Of a DNA stretch of 64,000 nucleotides, positions 11,703-26,445 are shown one piece after another. Both the position numbers and the translations under genes were made by a program. The notes beneath the pieces are model-generated. The model was not told the DNA's origin. It saw nothing but the letters and a program-made list of their open reading frames with translations, and did no database searches. Origin of the DNA: Azolla caroliniana. Lineage: Eukaryota > Plantae > Polypodiophyta. The stretch lies in contig JBHGNT010000006.1 of assembly GCA_043228905.1 (NCBI GenBank), positions 11,594,001 to 11,658,000 of the forward strand, read 5' to 3'. The first letter of the stretch is position 1, and the number at the start of each line of letters is the position of its first letter.

Positions 11703-13730
11703 TTACATTGAAATTACAAAGATTGGAATCAACATATTAGTAAAGCCACACATTTCGAATGCCACCAATCTTGTTAAACACATTTATGCAAGAATCGCTT
11801 TACTCACAATCTTTAATTTGAGCTTCTCCATGTGTTGGTCTTTTGTTGAGTCGTATAATGCCATTTCGTTACGTTTGAACTGGGCAACAAATTCTTACTC
11901 CGTGTATGGTCAAAGTGGTTCAGGCATTTAATTGAATTGGTTAAGTGCTCTCATCCTCAACTTTCTCTTATACGATTGGCGAGAACTATTGCATTTAAGT
12001 TCAACATTAAAAAAACCGTTTTATTGACATTTCCCTTTCATAATTGCTTGAGTATGAGGTACCAGAGTCTCCTGATGTCATTTGCTCCTCTTCCTCTATC
12101 TTCAACCCTCTTAGACTAATTGTACTAATTCCATGTACCTTTCGCAAATGTATATTCATTTTCTTATGAACCCACTGTGGGTTTTGCTTGCATGACTCTG
12201 TAATTATACATGACAATAGTTCATGGATCATTTATCTTATTTTGAACAACAACTACTCGATGAAATCTTAAATGATTTTCGTGATGTTTTTCCAAATGAA
12301 CTACCACATGGGTTACCTCCTAAACGTAGTATAGACCATCATATATATCTTTTACCTGGGGTTGCACCAATAAGCATACCTCCATATCAATTACGTTGAT
12401 CCGAAGAAGATGAGGCATCGAAACAACTCAAGGAATATTTACGAATGGGTTATATATGTTATAGTAAATCTCCATGGGGTGCATTTGTTCCCTTGGTAAA
12501 AAAGAAAGAGGCCACATGGCATATGTGTGTTAAATACATATGTTTGAATAAAGTGACGATCAAGAATTCATGTACCTTGCCCCGAGTAGATGATTTGATT
12601 GACTGTCTCCAGGGACCTCACTACTTTTCAAAACTTGATGTTTATATGGGCTACCATCAAATTTGGGTAAGTGAGGAGAATGTTCCTAAAACGGCATTTT
12701 GTACGCGCTATGGCCATTACGAGTTTTTGGTCTTGCTTTTTGCTCCAGCAACATTTCAACAAGAAATGAATGACATATTTTGAGAACAACTTGGAAAATT
12801 GGTCATTTTTTTCTTGGATGATATTCTAGTTTATAGTCATACATTAGAAGAACATGGTAAACATGTTTGTTTTGTTTTACAAACATTTCACGGCAAGCAA
12901 TTCTACGTGAAGATATCGAAATGCGAGTTCTTCAAGAAATGAATTACATATCTCAGACATCTCATAACCGAATGAGGAGTCAAAATTGATCCTTTTCGCA
13001 TTGAGAAAGTCAAACTTTGGCCCACCCTTAGGAATGGAAAAGGTTTAAAAGCCAAACGACTTAAAGCCGTTGAACTTTTACATCCCTTAGATATTCCAAA
13101 CAATAAATGGGAAAATATATACATGGATTTTATTGTTAGCCTTCTCGCACCCAAAAAGGCCATGACACCATTTGGGTTGTAGTTGACAGATTAACTAAAA
13201 TGGCAAGGTTTATTGCTTCTAAAACCATGGTAACAACTCTTGGATTGGCTTACCAATTCATTGATGAGTTGTTTCGTTTTTATGGGTTAACGATGAATAT
13301 TGCGAGTGGTCGAGATTCAAAGTTTACTTGTGACTTCTAGATGCAAGTCTTTAAGAAGTTGGAAACTACATTTAGCATGAGCTCCACCGATCATCCTGAA
13401 TCTGATGGACAGATAGAATAGCTAAATCAAATTAATGATAACATGCTTCAAGCATATGTTACTATGAAGCCAACAAATAGGAACGTTACCTCCCACTTTT
13501 GGAGTTTGCTTATAATAGCTCCAAGCACACATCGATGGGATATAGGACTTTTATGTTGATATATGGCTTTCAACCACGTACCCATATTGATGTTAATATA
13601 CGTCATAATATGTTGTGAAGTACACAAAACTTTCTAAAGGATATGCAAGATATGTTGCATATTGCACAAGATAATATAAAAACAGCTCAAGAAAAAGCAC
13701 GTTTTTATGCCGACCATATTAGGCAACCCT
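11703..13730 (+). mobile_element. Old degenerate Ty3/gypsy pol remnant (RT and integrase)
   Basis: SPWGAFVPLVKKK, KTAFCTRYGHYEF, FLDDILVYS and WENIYMDFI motifs; many stops and frameshifts; boundaries approximate. Confidence 0.85.
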
Positions 13731-14088
13731 AATCTCTAACACAATCCCAAGAAGTAGTCCCAATGGGTAGCCACCCAACGGCTAGTCCCAACAACTAATC
13801 CCAACGTCCATCTTTGTCCTATATTATGAGGAATACCCCTCATTTGTATTCATTCTCTAATTCACCAATTTTTCCCTAAGGAGCATAGAGTGCTCTCTCT
13901 CTCCCCCTAGCTGTTTTGGGATTTGTCTCGACTTGTCCTAACTCTAGATTTTGGTTGGTCCCAAATTGGGACTATTGTAGTCTTTACTTTGTTAATATAG
14001 TATATGGCCATGTTTTGTGCCCCGATGTGTTTCCCAATCACATGTTCTTGTGGTTTTAAGGACCCCCATAAAACAGGGGCATCACACT

Positions 14089-14100
14089 TGGTATCAGAGC
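14089..14100 (+). other. tRNA-iMet primer-binding site after an LTR end (...CATCACA)
   Basis: TGGTATCAGAGC two bases after a CA; no recognisable gag follows. Confidence 0.6.
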
Positions 14101-14789
14101 ATAAACACGAGGTGGTGGGGACGTGATGACAAGGAAGAAGAAGGCGATCAAAGGAAGAGAAAGAGATGAAAAGGGAGGTGAATGGTGTCGGGATGTGGGG
14201 AGCACATAGGAGGAAATAAGTTCAATTACAAATATTATGATGTATGCTACAATAAAGAAAAGCACCCAGTAAATCTATTGGAGAAAAGACAATTGAAACC
14301 TATAAAAGGATGAAGACAACTCATTGTTAGGGGGAGAGAAAGTCAAAGTCGTGAAAGCTCTACCTGAATGAGAGTGAGGAAGCTAGGGTTGTAAATCAAG
14401 AGGGCGTGCAAGACTAGCATCAACAAGAGCCGATGTGGTCGTCGATCATTGGGACATTGCATCAAAACTTGAGGATTTCCCCTTGAAGCTCTGATTATTC
14501 TTTTCTTCCTCATCTTCTTCTTTTTCAACACACCATACTTGATGCCCTAGGGTTTTATTTTCTTCTTCATGAAATTCAGGGATCTTAGTTTATGATTTAT
14601 TTCTAAAACATTGCCACTGTTCTAATTGTTTACCCCAAAAACTTGTAAACCCTATTTTATAAAGGGAATTCCTTTCTTAATCTAGCAATTTTTATCTTAA
14701 TATTGTGAAATATGTTCCTAATCGTATGTTCTATGAGCTAATCACATGTTTCTATCCTAAGCTCGCACATAATTCATTGTTCGGCTCGT

Positions 14790-15200
14790 TGTCACCTTCG
14801 ACTCTGAAAAGCCCTCAAGTCTAAAGAGCCTTCAACTCTAACCTGCCTTCAACTTTGCAAAGCATTCAACTCTGTCTTACCTTCAACTCTAACTTACCTT
14901 CGACTCTAGGTTACAATTCAACTTTGACTTATCTTCGACTCTAGGTTACCTTTGACCCTGAGCTACCTTCGACTCTGCAGAGCTTCAAATCTGACAAGCT
15001 TAAAAATTTGAGGAGTCGTCGAGTCTAATCTCCTTTCAACTTCTAGGAGTTTTTTACTTTGACGATCATTTGACTTTAACGAACCTTCAAGTTTAACGAC
15101 CTTTCGACTCTTAGGAGCTTTCGACTTTGATGACCCTTCAACTTTGATGAACCCTATCTAATGACCTTTCAACCCCGAGGAACTTTTGACTCTGATGAGC
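14790..15200. repeat. Degenerate short tandem repeat (ACCTTCGACTCT / CCTTCAACTCT cores)
   Basis: Many imperfect CCTTC(G/A)ACT(C/T)T units roughly 20 bp apart; probably internal to a retroelement. Confidence 0.6.
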
Positions 15201-16799
15201 CTTTGAGTCACCTGTCCTCTTTGGTTCAAGTCCTCGGTGGTCCTGTTCAAGTTGCACATGTACGCACATAATTTCGCGACAATGGGAATTGGTCATGATC
15301 AAGAAGCCATGAAAAAGAGTGAGCCAAGTGGATATTATGGGGGCACAACTAGTGGAAATCTTGATAGAACAAGTGAAGGAACAACACTCAAAGAGGCCAA
15401 AAGGAAAGCCGAAGAGGACGAATCGCACCAAGGAAGCTATGAGGAAGTCCTCCCAAAGGAGTATGCAAGGATGAGGAAGCCCTCAGTATGAATGAGGTGG
15501 ATCAACAACCTAGAATGCTATTTGGAGCAATGTTGGGTGAGGCCACATGCATGGGTTTCTTAAGGACGACACAAGGATTGGTGCCACGCGAAAAGGCAAA
15601 GAAGCCCCTTCAAGGGTTGGGAAGATTTCAAGCTAGGATGAGCCTTCGAGGACAAAAGATGGAAGGAGTTTTTTTTCTCAAGAGTTTAAAAAAAATGATA
15701 GATACATATCTAAGTATAAAATACTAATATTGCACGTAACTTATATGGATTGGTTTCACAAGTGCACGGGTTTCTCGACATGTTGCAACCTTTGGTGAGG
15801 AAGGGGGTAGAGAAATGGGAACCAACAACTTGGGAAGAAGCAATCTAAATCGTGGAACGAGTGGGTGATTGGGAGCCCCCTCAACACGAACACCTTAGGT
15901 GAGACAGGGGTTCTCCTCAAGAAACAAGAGTTCACATGGAGTTCGAATAAGAAGAAGAAGAGGAGCCGACCATGCAAGTACAAGTCAAGATTGGCTCGAC
16001 CATGGTGTACGAGCCAAGTTTGGTAATAAAGGAAACTACTCAAAGGGAAGTAGAGCTTGAGATTGAGATCGAGGTCAAGACCAAGATGGACTCGACCCAA
16101 TGTTGGGAACTAGGTCCCTCCGGATGGAAAGAGAATCGGATGGAGTCAATGAAATCTGAAACCGAAACCAAAATCAGGAGACTATATATGTAATAATCTA
16201 AATGTGCCCCTTGTGGGTTATGTATGTAAATAGTATTAATACAACTAGGGCAAACTATAGAAAGCATAGTTGACTGTTGTTGTATAATTACACAGTGAGT
16301 ACTTGCATCAATAACAAAGAGTGAGTGACAGTAGGTGAGTGAGAACAGAGTTGTAACTCTGTAATCGTTTGTTGACGAAGAAGAACTTAAGGTTGTTGCC
16401 TTCGAGTGTCTTATTGTATATTCCTCCTACCGTAGAGTGATATGTTCGGAGTTCAAGGACTCCATGTGGTTTTCCTCTTTTGGGTTTTCCACGTTAAATC
16501 TTGTGTCTTTGTACTTGTGTTTTCTTCCTTCTCGTTTTCCTATCTGTACACTATCTCACTCGTTTCTTTGCAACTGTATACATATACGAGCAATTTGTTG
16601 CAACCGGTTTTGATCCTAACAAACTAGTATCAGAGCGATGGACGAACATTTTGGTGGAATGTTCAAGTTAACTAGCTCCAACGATTCAATGTGGAAATCG
16701 AAGATGCGGGATATGCTTGTATGCAAAGACCTGTGGTTGTCGGTGCAGTACAGAAAGACGAAGAATAACACTATGTTCGAAAACAAGAACGTTGTGAAT

Positions 16800-16859
16800 T
16801 GTAAAGAATCAAGAGATGGATTCTTGTGAAACGGAAGAGATGTGAGTTATGTGTGTGTC

Positions 16860-16905
<46 letters not shown>

Positions 16906-19900
16906 ACATAGAGAATACGGAAGGTAAAAGTATATTGACAAAGGAGAAAGACTCAACATTATACAAGGTGGGAGGAGGGTGCTTTATGTAGTCACCCTCT
17001 CTCTTCATTAACTACAAGACTCATGGAGCATGGGGAATGTGAAAGCTCATAAGTTATGTGTCATAGAATATGATTCTATGACTCATACTAAATGTGAGAA
17101 TACAAAGTGGTGACATAATGGTGACTCTTGACCGTTGGAGTGTCTCTTCACTCTCAAGGTGAGTTCACACACTAGACCAAGTTGAGCTTGATTCTCAACA
17201 CGCCCCCTCAAGCTCAAGTCGGGTCGGTTTCAGACGGTATCCGAAATCCGCTTCAACTCACGTTTCGGAGTCCACGTCGACTTGCTTTATGCGGAGTTGC
17301 GGAATCCGTGCTCCAGCTTGCGTTGTGCGAAGTTACGAAGTCTGTGCTTCGGCTTGTGTCTTTCTTCGTGGCTTTGCACGGTAGATCGTCTCTTCGCTAC
17401 TTCGTTGTGTGGTTGCGGAATCCACGCGTTATTGTGTAGTGCGCGGTTGCAGAATGTACGCGTTATTGCATAGTGTCTTCAATACTCCCCCTCAAGCTTG
17501 GCAGGTCAAGGATCGTCAATCCGAGATCGGTCATGAATTGCCATAGCTTGTCGGCTCCTAAGGCTTTAGTGAAGATGTCGGTCGTTTGAAGATTGGTGCT
17601 AATGTGTTGTAGGTCGACATTGCCAACCAGAACGCGCTCTCGGACGAAATGATAGTGCACTTCGATGTGCTTTGTCCGCACATGGAACAATGGGTTCTGA
17701 GCCAGATAGATACTGCTCATGTTGTCGCAGTAAAGGGAAGTCGGATCCTTGATGGGTACGCCCAGATCCTTCAAAATCCTCTTGAGTCATACGACTTCAC
17801 ATGCAACTACGGTTGCGCCCCTATATTCCGCCTCCATACTCGAAAGAGCAACGGTAGGCTGCTTCTTGCTACTTGCTACTCCAGGATATTGCTCCGTTGC
17901 CGAGGGAGAAAACAAATCCGGAGGTTGATCTTCTATCAGCTTTGTAGCCGGCCCAATCGGCGTCTGTGTACCCCTCGAGTCGTATTAGCATCGCGGTCTT
18001 GTAGAGGATGCCGCAATCCATTGTGCCGCTCACGTAGCGTAGAACTCGCGTAGCGCAATCCAAGTGAGTATCATGCGGTGTTTGCATGAATTGGCTAAGG
18101 AGACCGACTGGATAACTGAGATTAGGTCGTGTGATCGTGAGGTAGATGAGACTCTCGATGAGTTGCCGATACTGAGTCGGCTCACACGCTTTGGTGCTGG
18201 AGTTCGCATCTAGTTTGAGATTGCGATCGAGCGGGGTTGCCGCGGATTTGCACTCAGCCATCCTGAACTTGTATAACAAGTTGAGGATGTAGTGCCGTTG
18301 AGAGATCATGATTCCGGCCGGAGTCCAAATTACCTCGATGCCGAGGAAGTAGTGGAGCTCCTTCATGTCCGTCATCTCGAACTTGTTGGAAAGGAGGGAT
18401 TTGACTTTATTGATTTCGACGAGATGCTCACCTCCAATGACTAGGTCATCCACATATAAAATGATGATGATCAGACTTGTGGAATCGCTTCGTATGTAGA
18501 GGGAGTTGTCTGATTTTGACATACGGAAGCCGATTTGATGAAGATATTGTGTTATCTTCGAATGCCAAGCACACGGTGCTTGCTTGAGGCCGTAGAGTGG
18601 CTTCTTGAGTCGGCAAACCGCTTTCGGATGGGTGCTCGAGTTGAAGCTGGGTGGTTGGATCATGTACACCTCCTCTTCTAATTCGCCTTGTAGAAAGGCG
18701 TTCTTGACGTCCATTTGATGGAGGTGCCACCCTTACCGCGGCAATCGCAATTACGGTCCGCACCGTCATCATCTTTGCCACCGGGGCAAAGGTCTCTTCG
18801 TAGTCGACGCCATGCGTCTGAGCGTATCCTTTCGCTACGAGTCGAGCTTTGTAGCGGTTTACGGAGCCATCGGCGTTATACTTCACCTTGTAGATCCATC
18901 TGCATCCTATCGCCTTTTTGTGTGGTGAGGTGGGAACAAGATCCCACGTCTCGTTCTTCCGTAATGCCTGCATCTCCTCGTTCATTGCTTCGATCCATCG
19001 CGGGTCCTTCGCGGCTTCTGAAAAGGTTTCCGGCTCCCGTACTGTTGCTACCTTCATCATAAAGGCGTAATGGTACGCCATATAATCGTTGTAGCCGAAT
19101 CGGCTTACGATGTTCTTTTCACGAGTGGATCGGCAGAGCTTTTCATTTGCAGAGATGAGGGCTTTCTTAGCTCCGATTGGTACCTCGAAACCGCCGAACT
19201 CACCGTCGAGTGATTGAGTCGACTCATCGTCGTTGAAGCGATCGTCTTCGTATTCCGACATTTTCGCCTTGCCGTTGTCCATCTTTGGGCTAGGCCGTGA
19301 TGTGCTTTGATTACTCAAAGGCTCTTGTGGTCCGCTCAATCGGGTCGTGATCGGACTTTCTTCGAATATGTGCATAAGGAGATCTTCATCCTCGATCTCT
19401 TGTTCGGAGAATTCCGGGTCGAGCGGAGTCAGAGTTGGAGTTCTCTTTGGTGCGTACCAGAATGCGGACTCGTCAAAAACGACGTCTCGACTTACTCGAG
19501 ATTTTCGAGTTGAGGGGTTGTAGGACTTGTACCCCTTTTGCTCCAATGAGTATCCAACGAGGATACATTTCTCCGACTTCGGGTCAAGCTTTTGACGCTT
19601 CTCATTGGGGATGTGCACGTACGCTATCGCGCCGAATATCCGGATGCGCGATAAGTCCGCCTTCTTTCCGAAGTATTTTTCATGCGGAGTGACCTCGTGC
19701 ACGCCGGATGTTGTGCACCGGTTCATTAGGTAGACGACCGTATTTGCAGCTTTGGCCCAATATGACTTGGGCATAAGCTTCTCGTTCATCACGGCCCGCG
19801 CTACTTCGAGGATATGCCGATTTTTGCGCTCAGCTACTCCGTTTTGTTGGGAGTGTGTCAGCAAGTGAATTCTCGCCGAATTCCTTCCTTTCGGAGATAC

Positions 19901-22033
19901 GCCGTGAAATCGTCCGAGAAGTACTCCTTGCCGCCATTCGATCGAAAGCATCGTACATGTCGGCTCGTGGCTTTCTTGACTTCATTCTTGAAATTTTGGA
20001 AGTGTCCGAACACTTCGCTCTTTTGCCGCATCGGGTAGATCCAAGTGTACCTAAAGAAGTCGTCGATGAAGAGCACATAATATCGGCATCCGCCGAATGT
20101 AGCCATTTGCGCCGGTCCCCATACGTCGGAATGGACTACGTCGAGTAGACCTTTGCTCACGTTTCGCTCTTTCGGGAATGGGTGTCGGTGTTGCTTGCCG
20201 AATTGGCATGCTTCGCATACACCTTCAATCTCCTTCTCTTTGAATGTCGAGAGTCCGATGACGACTCCTTTCGATTTCATTGCTTTGAGTTTGTTGAGAT
20301 TGATGTGGCCGATTCACTTGTGCCATAGCTCTATGTCGGAGTCGGCTTTCGTGTTTTTCGTGAACATGGCGGATTTCATCTCGCGTGAATCGAGAATGAA
20401 CATCTGGCACTCTCTTCATCCGCGTGCGATGAGTCGGCCCTCTTTTTCGATGAAGCAACCGCCTTGATTAAATCGAACTTGCATCCCTTGCTCTACAATT
20501 TGGCCGACGGAGACCAAATTCTTCGTAATGGTCGGTACATGCAAGACATTTTTAATGTAATTTTTCTTACCTTCTTTTCCGAACGGAACATTTCCAATGT
20601 GCCGAATCGGGTGCATAGTGTCGTCTTCGGTTTCAACATAGCCAGGTCAGTCCGGCTCTCGAAGTTCTCGGAACCATTCTTGATGCGATGTCATATGGTT
20701 CGAGGCACCGGAATTGACGAACCATACGTCTTCCGGACCGGAGGCACTAGTTGAGGTAGCGGCCGACATAGAGTTTGCTCTATGTTTCATCATGAACATT
20801 CCGCCACGGTCAGAGTTGTGCACATACATTCCGCCACGATCTTCGTAGTCGGAGTTGTGCCCATACATTTCGCCACGGTCGGAGTTGTTGGCATACATTC
20901 CGCCACGATCTTCTTAGTCGGAGTTGTGTGCGTAATTCGTGAGTTGTTGGCTTGTGGAAGCCGATTCACGCATCTTCTTTCAACACTCTTCTTTGTGGTG
21001 GTCGAGCTTTCCGCAATATCCGCATTCGGTTGCGTTTTGACGGCTCGGGCCGGAGTGGAAGCTCCCCCTTCTTGCGAAGGTTCCTTGTTGTCCTCCGTTT
21101 TGCGGCCGAAATTGGGAGTTGTTGTCGTAGGTTGGACCTTGTCTGCCTTGTCCTTGGCCGAATCCGCCTCTCGCTCGTCCGCGTCCTCTTCCTCCATTAG
21201 ACTGCGTGTAAAGCATGTGGCCTTCCGACTCATTGCTCCTTGTACGCACTTGGTTTTCTTCGACCAATAGCATTGATTGGAGCTCGAAGAAGGAGGGAGA
21301 TTTCTCCCGTGCTAGAACGGCAGTTCGCATCGCGCCGAACCGTGGTGCGAGGCCGCCGAGGCATATTTGCACCATCTCATCATCATCTATACTTACGGTT
21401 ATTGAGCCGAGCGATTCGTAAAGCTCCTTGATCTTCAAGGTGTATGTCGTGATGGACATGTCCCTTTGTTGAATGATGTTCAACTCTTGGCGGAGTTGAA
21501 GCTTCCTCGTGCTCGTGTTGGCGGCGAAAATCTTTCGTAGATTTTCCCACGCTTCCTTCGGCGTCTTGGTTTCTCGAATGTAACTGAGCATGTGGTCATG
21601 ATCACATCTCGCCAAACAATACATCACGCAGCTTGCGGCTTGCTCCCATGTCGCGTATCCGAGAGCCGCTTCGGCGGGTCGGTCTTCATGCGCTCCTTTG
21701 ATGTAGCTCCAATAGTCTTGTCCGACAAGGTATTGGTGCATCTTGTACTCCCAAGATGCGAAGTTGTTTCGATCCAACTTCTCAGTAGGGAGAGCGCTCC
21801 CCATTTGAGTATTCATTATGTCAATTCTTCTTCTTCTTCTTCTCTTTTCGAATGCGAGCTATGTAGCGAAGCTACGATAGCTATGAGCCGGTTCTTGGTC
21901 GTCGGCGTAGAGCACAACACACGATCACGATTAGGCGAATGGGCTAGATCGAGCTACCAAATTTCTCTGATACCATGTAAAGAATCAAGAGATGAATTCT
22001 TGTGAAACAGAAGAGATGTGAGTTATGTGTGTG

Positions 22034-22089
<56 letters not shown>

Positions 22090-22372
22090 CGCAAGGTAAA
22101 AGTATATTGACAAAGGAGAAAGACTCAACATTATACAAGGTGGGAGGAGGGTGCTTTATGTAGTCACCCTCTCTCTTCATTAACTACAAGACTCATGGAG
22201 CATGGGGAATGTGAAAGCTCATAAGTTATGTGTCATAGAATATGATTCTATGACTCATACTAAATGCTAGAATACAAAGTGGTGACATAATGGTGACTCT
22301 TGACCGTTGGAGTGTCTCTTCACTCTCAAGGTGAGTTCACACACTAGACCAAGTTGAGCTTGATTCTCAATA
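16800..22372 (-). mobile_element. Copia element B inserted in the gag of A
   Basis: LTRs 16800-17200 and 21976-22372; PBS-Met complement 21964-21975; PPT complement at 17201; TSD TGAAT/TGAAC; gag (CGYCGKLDH), integrase, RT and RNaseH ORFs broken by frameshifts. Confidence 0.95.
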
Positions 22373-25300
22373 TGAACAAAGTCTCAGTTTCAGAAAAATC
22401 GTGAGACTCCGGTACCAAGATGGCTCCAACATGACGGAACATATTAATGCATTCCAAGGACTGATGAATCAAACCATCTCTCTAGAAGTACCTCTTTCCG
22501 ACAAGGTATTAGCACTATTGTGGTTGGGATCCCTTCCGAATAGCTGGGAAACACTCGTTGTCACATTGGGCAACGCCAGACTGGGTGAAGTCGAGCTTAT
22601 TGAATGAAGAAGCTCGTCGAAAGGACCGAGAGTCCATTGCCGACCCAAAGGCCTTAGTCACGGAAAGTGACACAAATCGAGGAAGAGGCCGAAATCCATG
22701 TCCGCAGAATCAAGATAAGTCGGGGACAAGTTCAAAGTCGAGGGGGAGGCACACGTGCTTCTATTTTTTGTGGGAAGTGGGGGCACTTTCAAAAGAATTT
22801 TCGACACTCTCTAAAGGAGAAATGGGGAGTTGATGGTGTAGAGACTAAGAAAATCCCGGACAAAAAGAACACCTCAACAATCACCGCGAGTGAAGAGGAG
22901 TTGTTGTTCATTAGTGAACAAAATGAAGTCAACCTCACCAACGAAGAATCGACATGGGTGGTCGATTCATGTGCTCCATCATTTCACCTAATCCCCGACC
23001 GAAAGTGCGTCTCATCATACAAGGCCAGAGACCACAGTCTTATAAAGATGGGAAATGAAGGAGCATGCCGAATCGTCGGCATTGGAGATGTGTGCTTGGA
23101 AACGTCTATCGAGTGCAGATTGGTATTGAAGGATGTTCGACACGTTCCGGAAGTCAGATTGAATCTGATATCAACTGATCGGCTGGATGATGAAGGCTAC
23201 ATGGGTAGCATCCGGAATAGCGTCATGAAGTTCTACAAAGGAAGCTTGATTGTGGCCAAAGCCCGAAAAACCAACACACTATATATAATGCATGCTCGAT
23301 TATGCCGACATAACCAGTGACTTGTGGCATAAGAGGCTATGCCACATGAGCCAAAAGGGAATGCAGATGCTAGCCGAAAAAGAACTCTTACCGGAGGTAA
23401 AGAAAGTGCAACTGGTTATGTGTGCCGATTGCCTGGCTAGCAAATAGAACAGAGCCACGTTCCGATCGAGGCCTATGATTCGGAGGAAAACCACTTTGGA
23501 ACTCGTACACACCGATGTATGCTATGTAGACACCAAGTCTCATTCTGGTGGACAGTACTTTGTTACCTTCATTGATGATTACATTCGTAAGTTGTGGATT
23601 TACTTTCTGAAGACGAAGGATCAAGTATTGGGTGTTTTGAAGGAGTTCCAAGCAAGAGCTGAGAGAGAAACCGGCCGAAAATTGAAGGCAGTCCGGCAGA
23701 CAATCGTGGAGAGCATAGAGGGCAGTTCAAAGAGTACTGCCGAATGCAAGGTATTCGGTTTGAGTACACAGTTCTGAAGGCGCCGGAGTTAAACGGTATG
23801 GCCAAAAGAATGAATCGGACTATAATGGAGAGAGTCTGATGTAGGTTGGCACATGCGAAATTGCCGAAGATTTACTAGGTTGAGGCGCTGATGAGAGATG
23901 TTTATGTGATAAACAGGTCTCCCTCCATTTCACTGGAAGTTGACATAGAAAAACGGGTATGGTTTGGCAAAGAGGTGTCATATCGGCATCTAAGAGTATT
24001 CGGTTGGCTGTGTGCACATAGCTAAGGACCAAAGGGGGAAACTCGATCCCAAGAGCCGACCGTGCCTATTTCTTAGCTACGGCGAAGATGAATTCAGCTA
24101 TCAGCTATGGGACCTAATCGACAAGAAGGTGATTAGGAGCCGAGATATTGTCTTCATGGAAGAAAATATAATAGTTGATTGGGATATCGAAAATAGATCT
24201 TCAAGTACCGATTCGAGTCGAGTTGATGATCGACCAAATCGAATGTCGGTCGCAAAATCAGATACGAAGCAGTTAGTCAAATCGATAATCAGCAAAATCG
24301 AGAACCGATTGAGGAACAAGGGGAACTGGCCGAACAAGGAACTGAATTCGACTCGGCCAAAGAAGTCGAAGAAGAATCAACTATGTCGAATGGAGGCTGA
24401 AGATATCCCTTGAGAGAGAGAAGGGCCCCCCGGAGATTTCTGGATGAAGAACGGGTATTGTTAACCAATGAGAGGGAGCCAGAAAGCTTCGATGAAGCGA
24501 AGAAAGATACTCACAACCTACAGTGGTTGAGTGTCATGCAAGAGGAGATGGACTCCTTGCATGAGAACCACATATACGAACTAACCGAGTTGCCGAAAGG
24601 GAAAAGGGCACTCCGGAATAAGTGGGTATACAAGGTGAAACCGGGAGATGGCGGGAATCCACCCAGATACAAAACCCGAATTTTCGTGAAAGGCTTTCAG
24701 CAGAAGAAGGGTGTCGATTTCGACGAAATATTTGCCTCGGTAGTGAAAATGACATCCATCTGAGCAGTGTTGAGCATAACCGCCAACATGGATCTTAAAA
24801 CCGAACAAATGGATGTCAAGACAACATACTTGCATGGCATCTCGAAGAGGAGATATACATGCAACAACTGGAAGAATTTGAAGAAAAAGGTAAAGAAAAC
24901 CTAGTATGCCAATTGAGAAAGAGCCTATATGGGCTGAAGCAAGCACCTCAGCAATGGTACCGAAAGTTTGAATCTTTCATGGTGGATCATGGTTTCAGCA
25001 AGACACAAGCTGATCATTGCGTCTTTGTCAGGAAGTATGATGGAGGAGATTTTCTCATCCTCCTGTTGTCTGTTGATGACATGTTGATTGTCGGATAGGA
25101 CCCAAAGAAAATCGGAAGCTTTAAGAAGGCCTTGAGTAGGTCGTTCTCGATGAAATATATGGGTCTGGCAAAACAAATCCTGGGAATGCACATTGTTCGG
25201 GATCTAACAAAGAAATTGTTATGGCTATCATAAGAGAAGTACGTGAAAAAAGTGCTCCAAAGATTCGGCATGGAAAGCGTGAAACTGGTCAAATCGACAC

Positions 25301-26445
25301 TATCGACAAATTGTAAGCTATCCGGAAGCCAGAGTCTGAAATCGAAAGCCGAGAAGGCCGAGATGTCAAAAGTCCCTTATGCCTAGGCACTTGGAAGCCT
25401 AATGTATACAATGGTTTGCACTAGGCTGAACATCGTGTTTGAAGTCAGAGTGGTTAGCCGATATATGAGCTATCGAGTTGTTTTCAAGTGGATACTTCGG
25501 TACTTGGGAGGCACCTCGAATGTGTGTCTCCAATTCAGCTTGGGTAACCCCACATTGGAAGGTTATATTGATTCGAACATGTTGGCTGATGTGGATACCA
25601 GTTGATCAATGTTTGGTTACGTGATGACTTATGCAGGGGGAGCTGTCTCGTGGCAGTCGAGGTTGCAAAAGGCTGTGACATTGTGAACCACGGAAGTGGA
25701 GTACATGGCCACAGCAAAAGCCGACAATGAAGTAATTTGGACGAGGAGTTCATCAAAGAGGTGGGAATTCGACAAGAGGAATTCTGACGCCATTGCGATA
25801 CCAGAGTGTCATCCACCTTGTGAAGAATGCCACCTACCACTCGAGGACCAAGCACATCCAAAGAAGATACCATTGGCTCTGAGAGCGAGTGGAAGAAAGG
25901 GACTTTGCGAATGGGTCGGACATGCTAACGAAGGTGTTGTGAACCGAAAAGCTGGACGTGTGCGGACAAAGAGCCGGATTGGAGAATTACTACATGTTGG
26001 GGTGAAGGGAGAGTTTGTTGGGAACCAGGTTCCTCCGGATGGAAAGAGAATCGGATGGAGTCAATGAAATTGAAAACAAAAAGTTACCAAAACCGGGCGA
26101 GTATATATGTAAATAGTCTAAATGTGCCCCTTGTGGGTTATGTATGTAAATAGCCAGAAAGTTGTATAAGTATAAATACAACTAGGGAAAACTATAGAAA
26201 GCATAGTTGAGTGTTGTTGTATAATTACACAGTGAGTACTTGCCTCAATAACAAAGAGTGAGTGATAGTAGGTGAGTGAGAACAGGGTTGTAACTCTGTA
26301 ACCATCTACTGACGAAGAAGAACTCAAGGTCGTTGCCTTCGAGTGTCTTATTGTATATTCCTCCTACCGTATAGTGATCTCTTCGGAGTTCGAGGACTCC
26401 ACATGGTTTTTCTCTTTCGGGTTTTCCACGTTAAATATTGTGTCT

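Noticed and set aside
14100-15780. Possible additional LTR element(s)
   Set aside because: LTR-like ends are visible, but no paired LTR, TSD or coding domain could be established.
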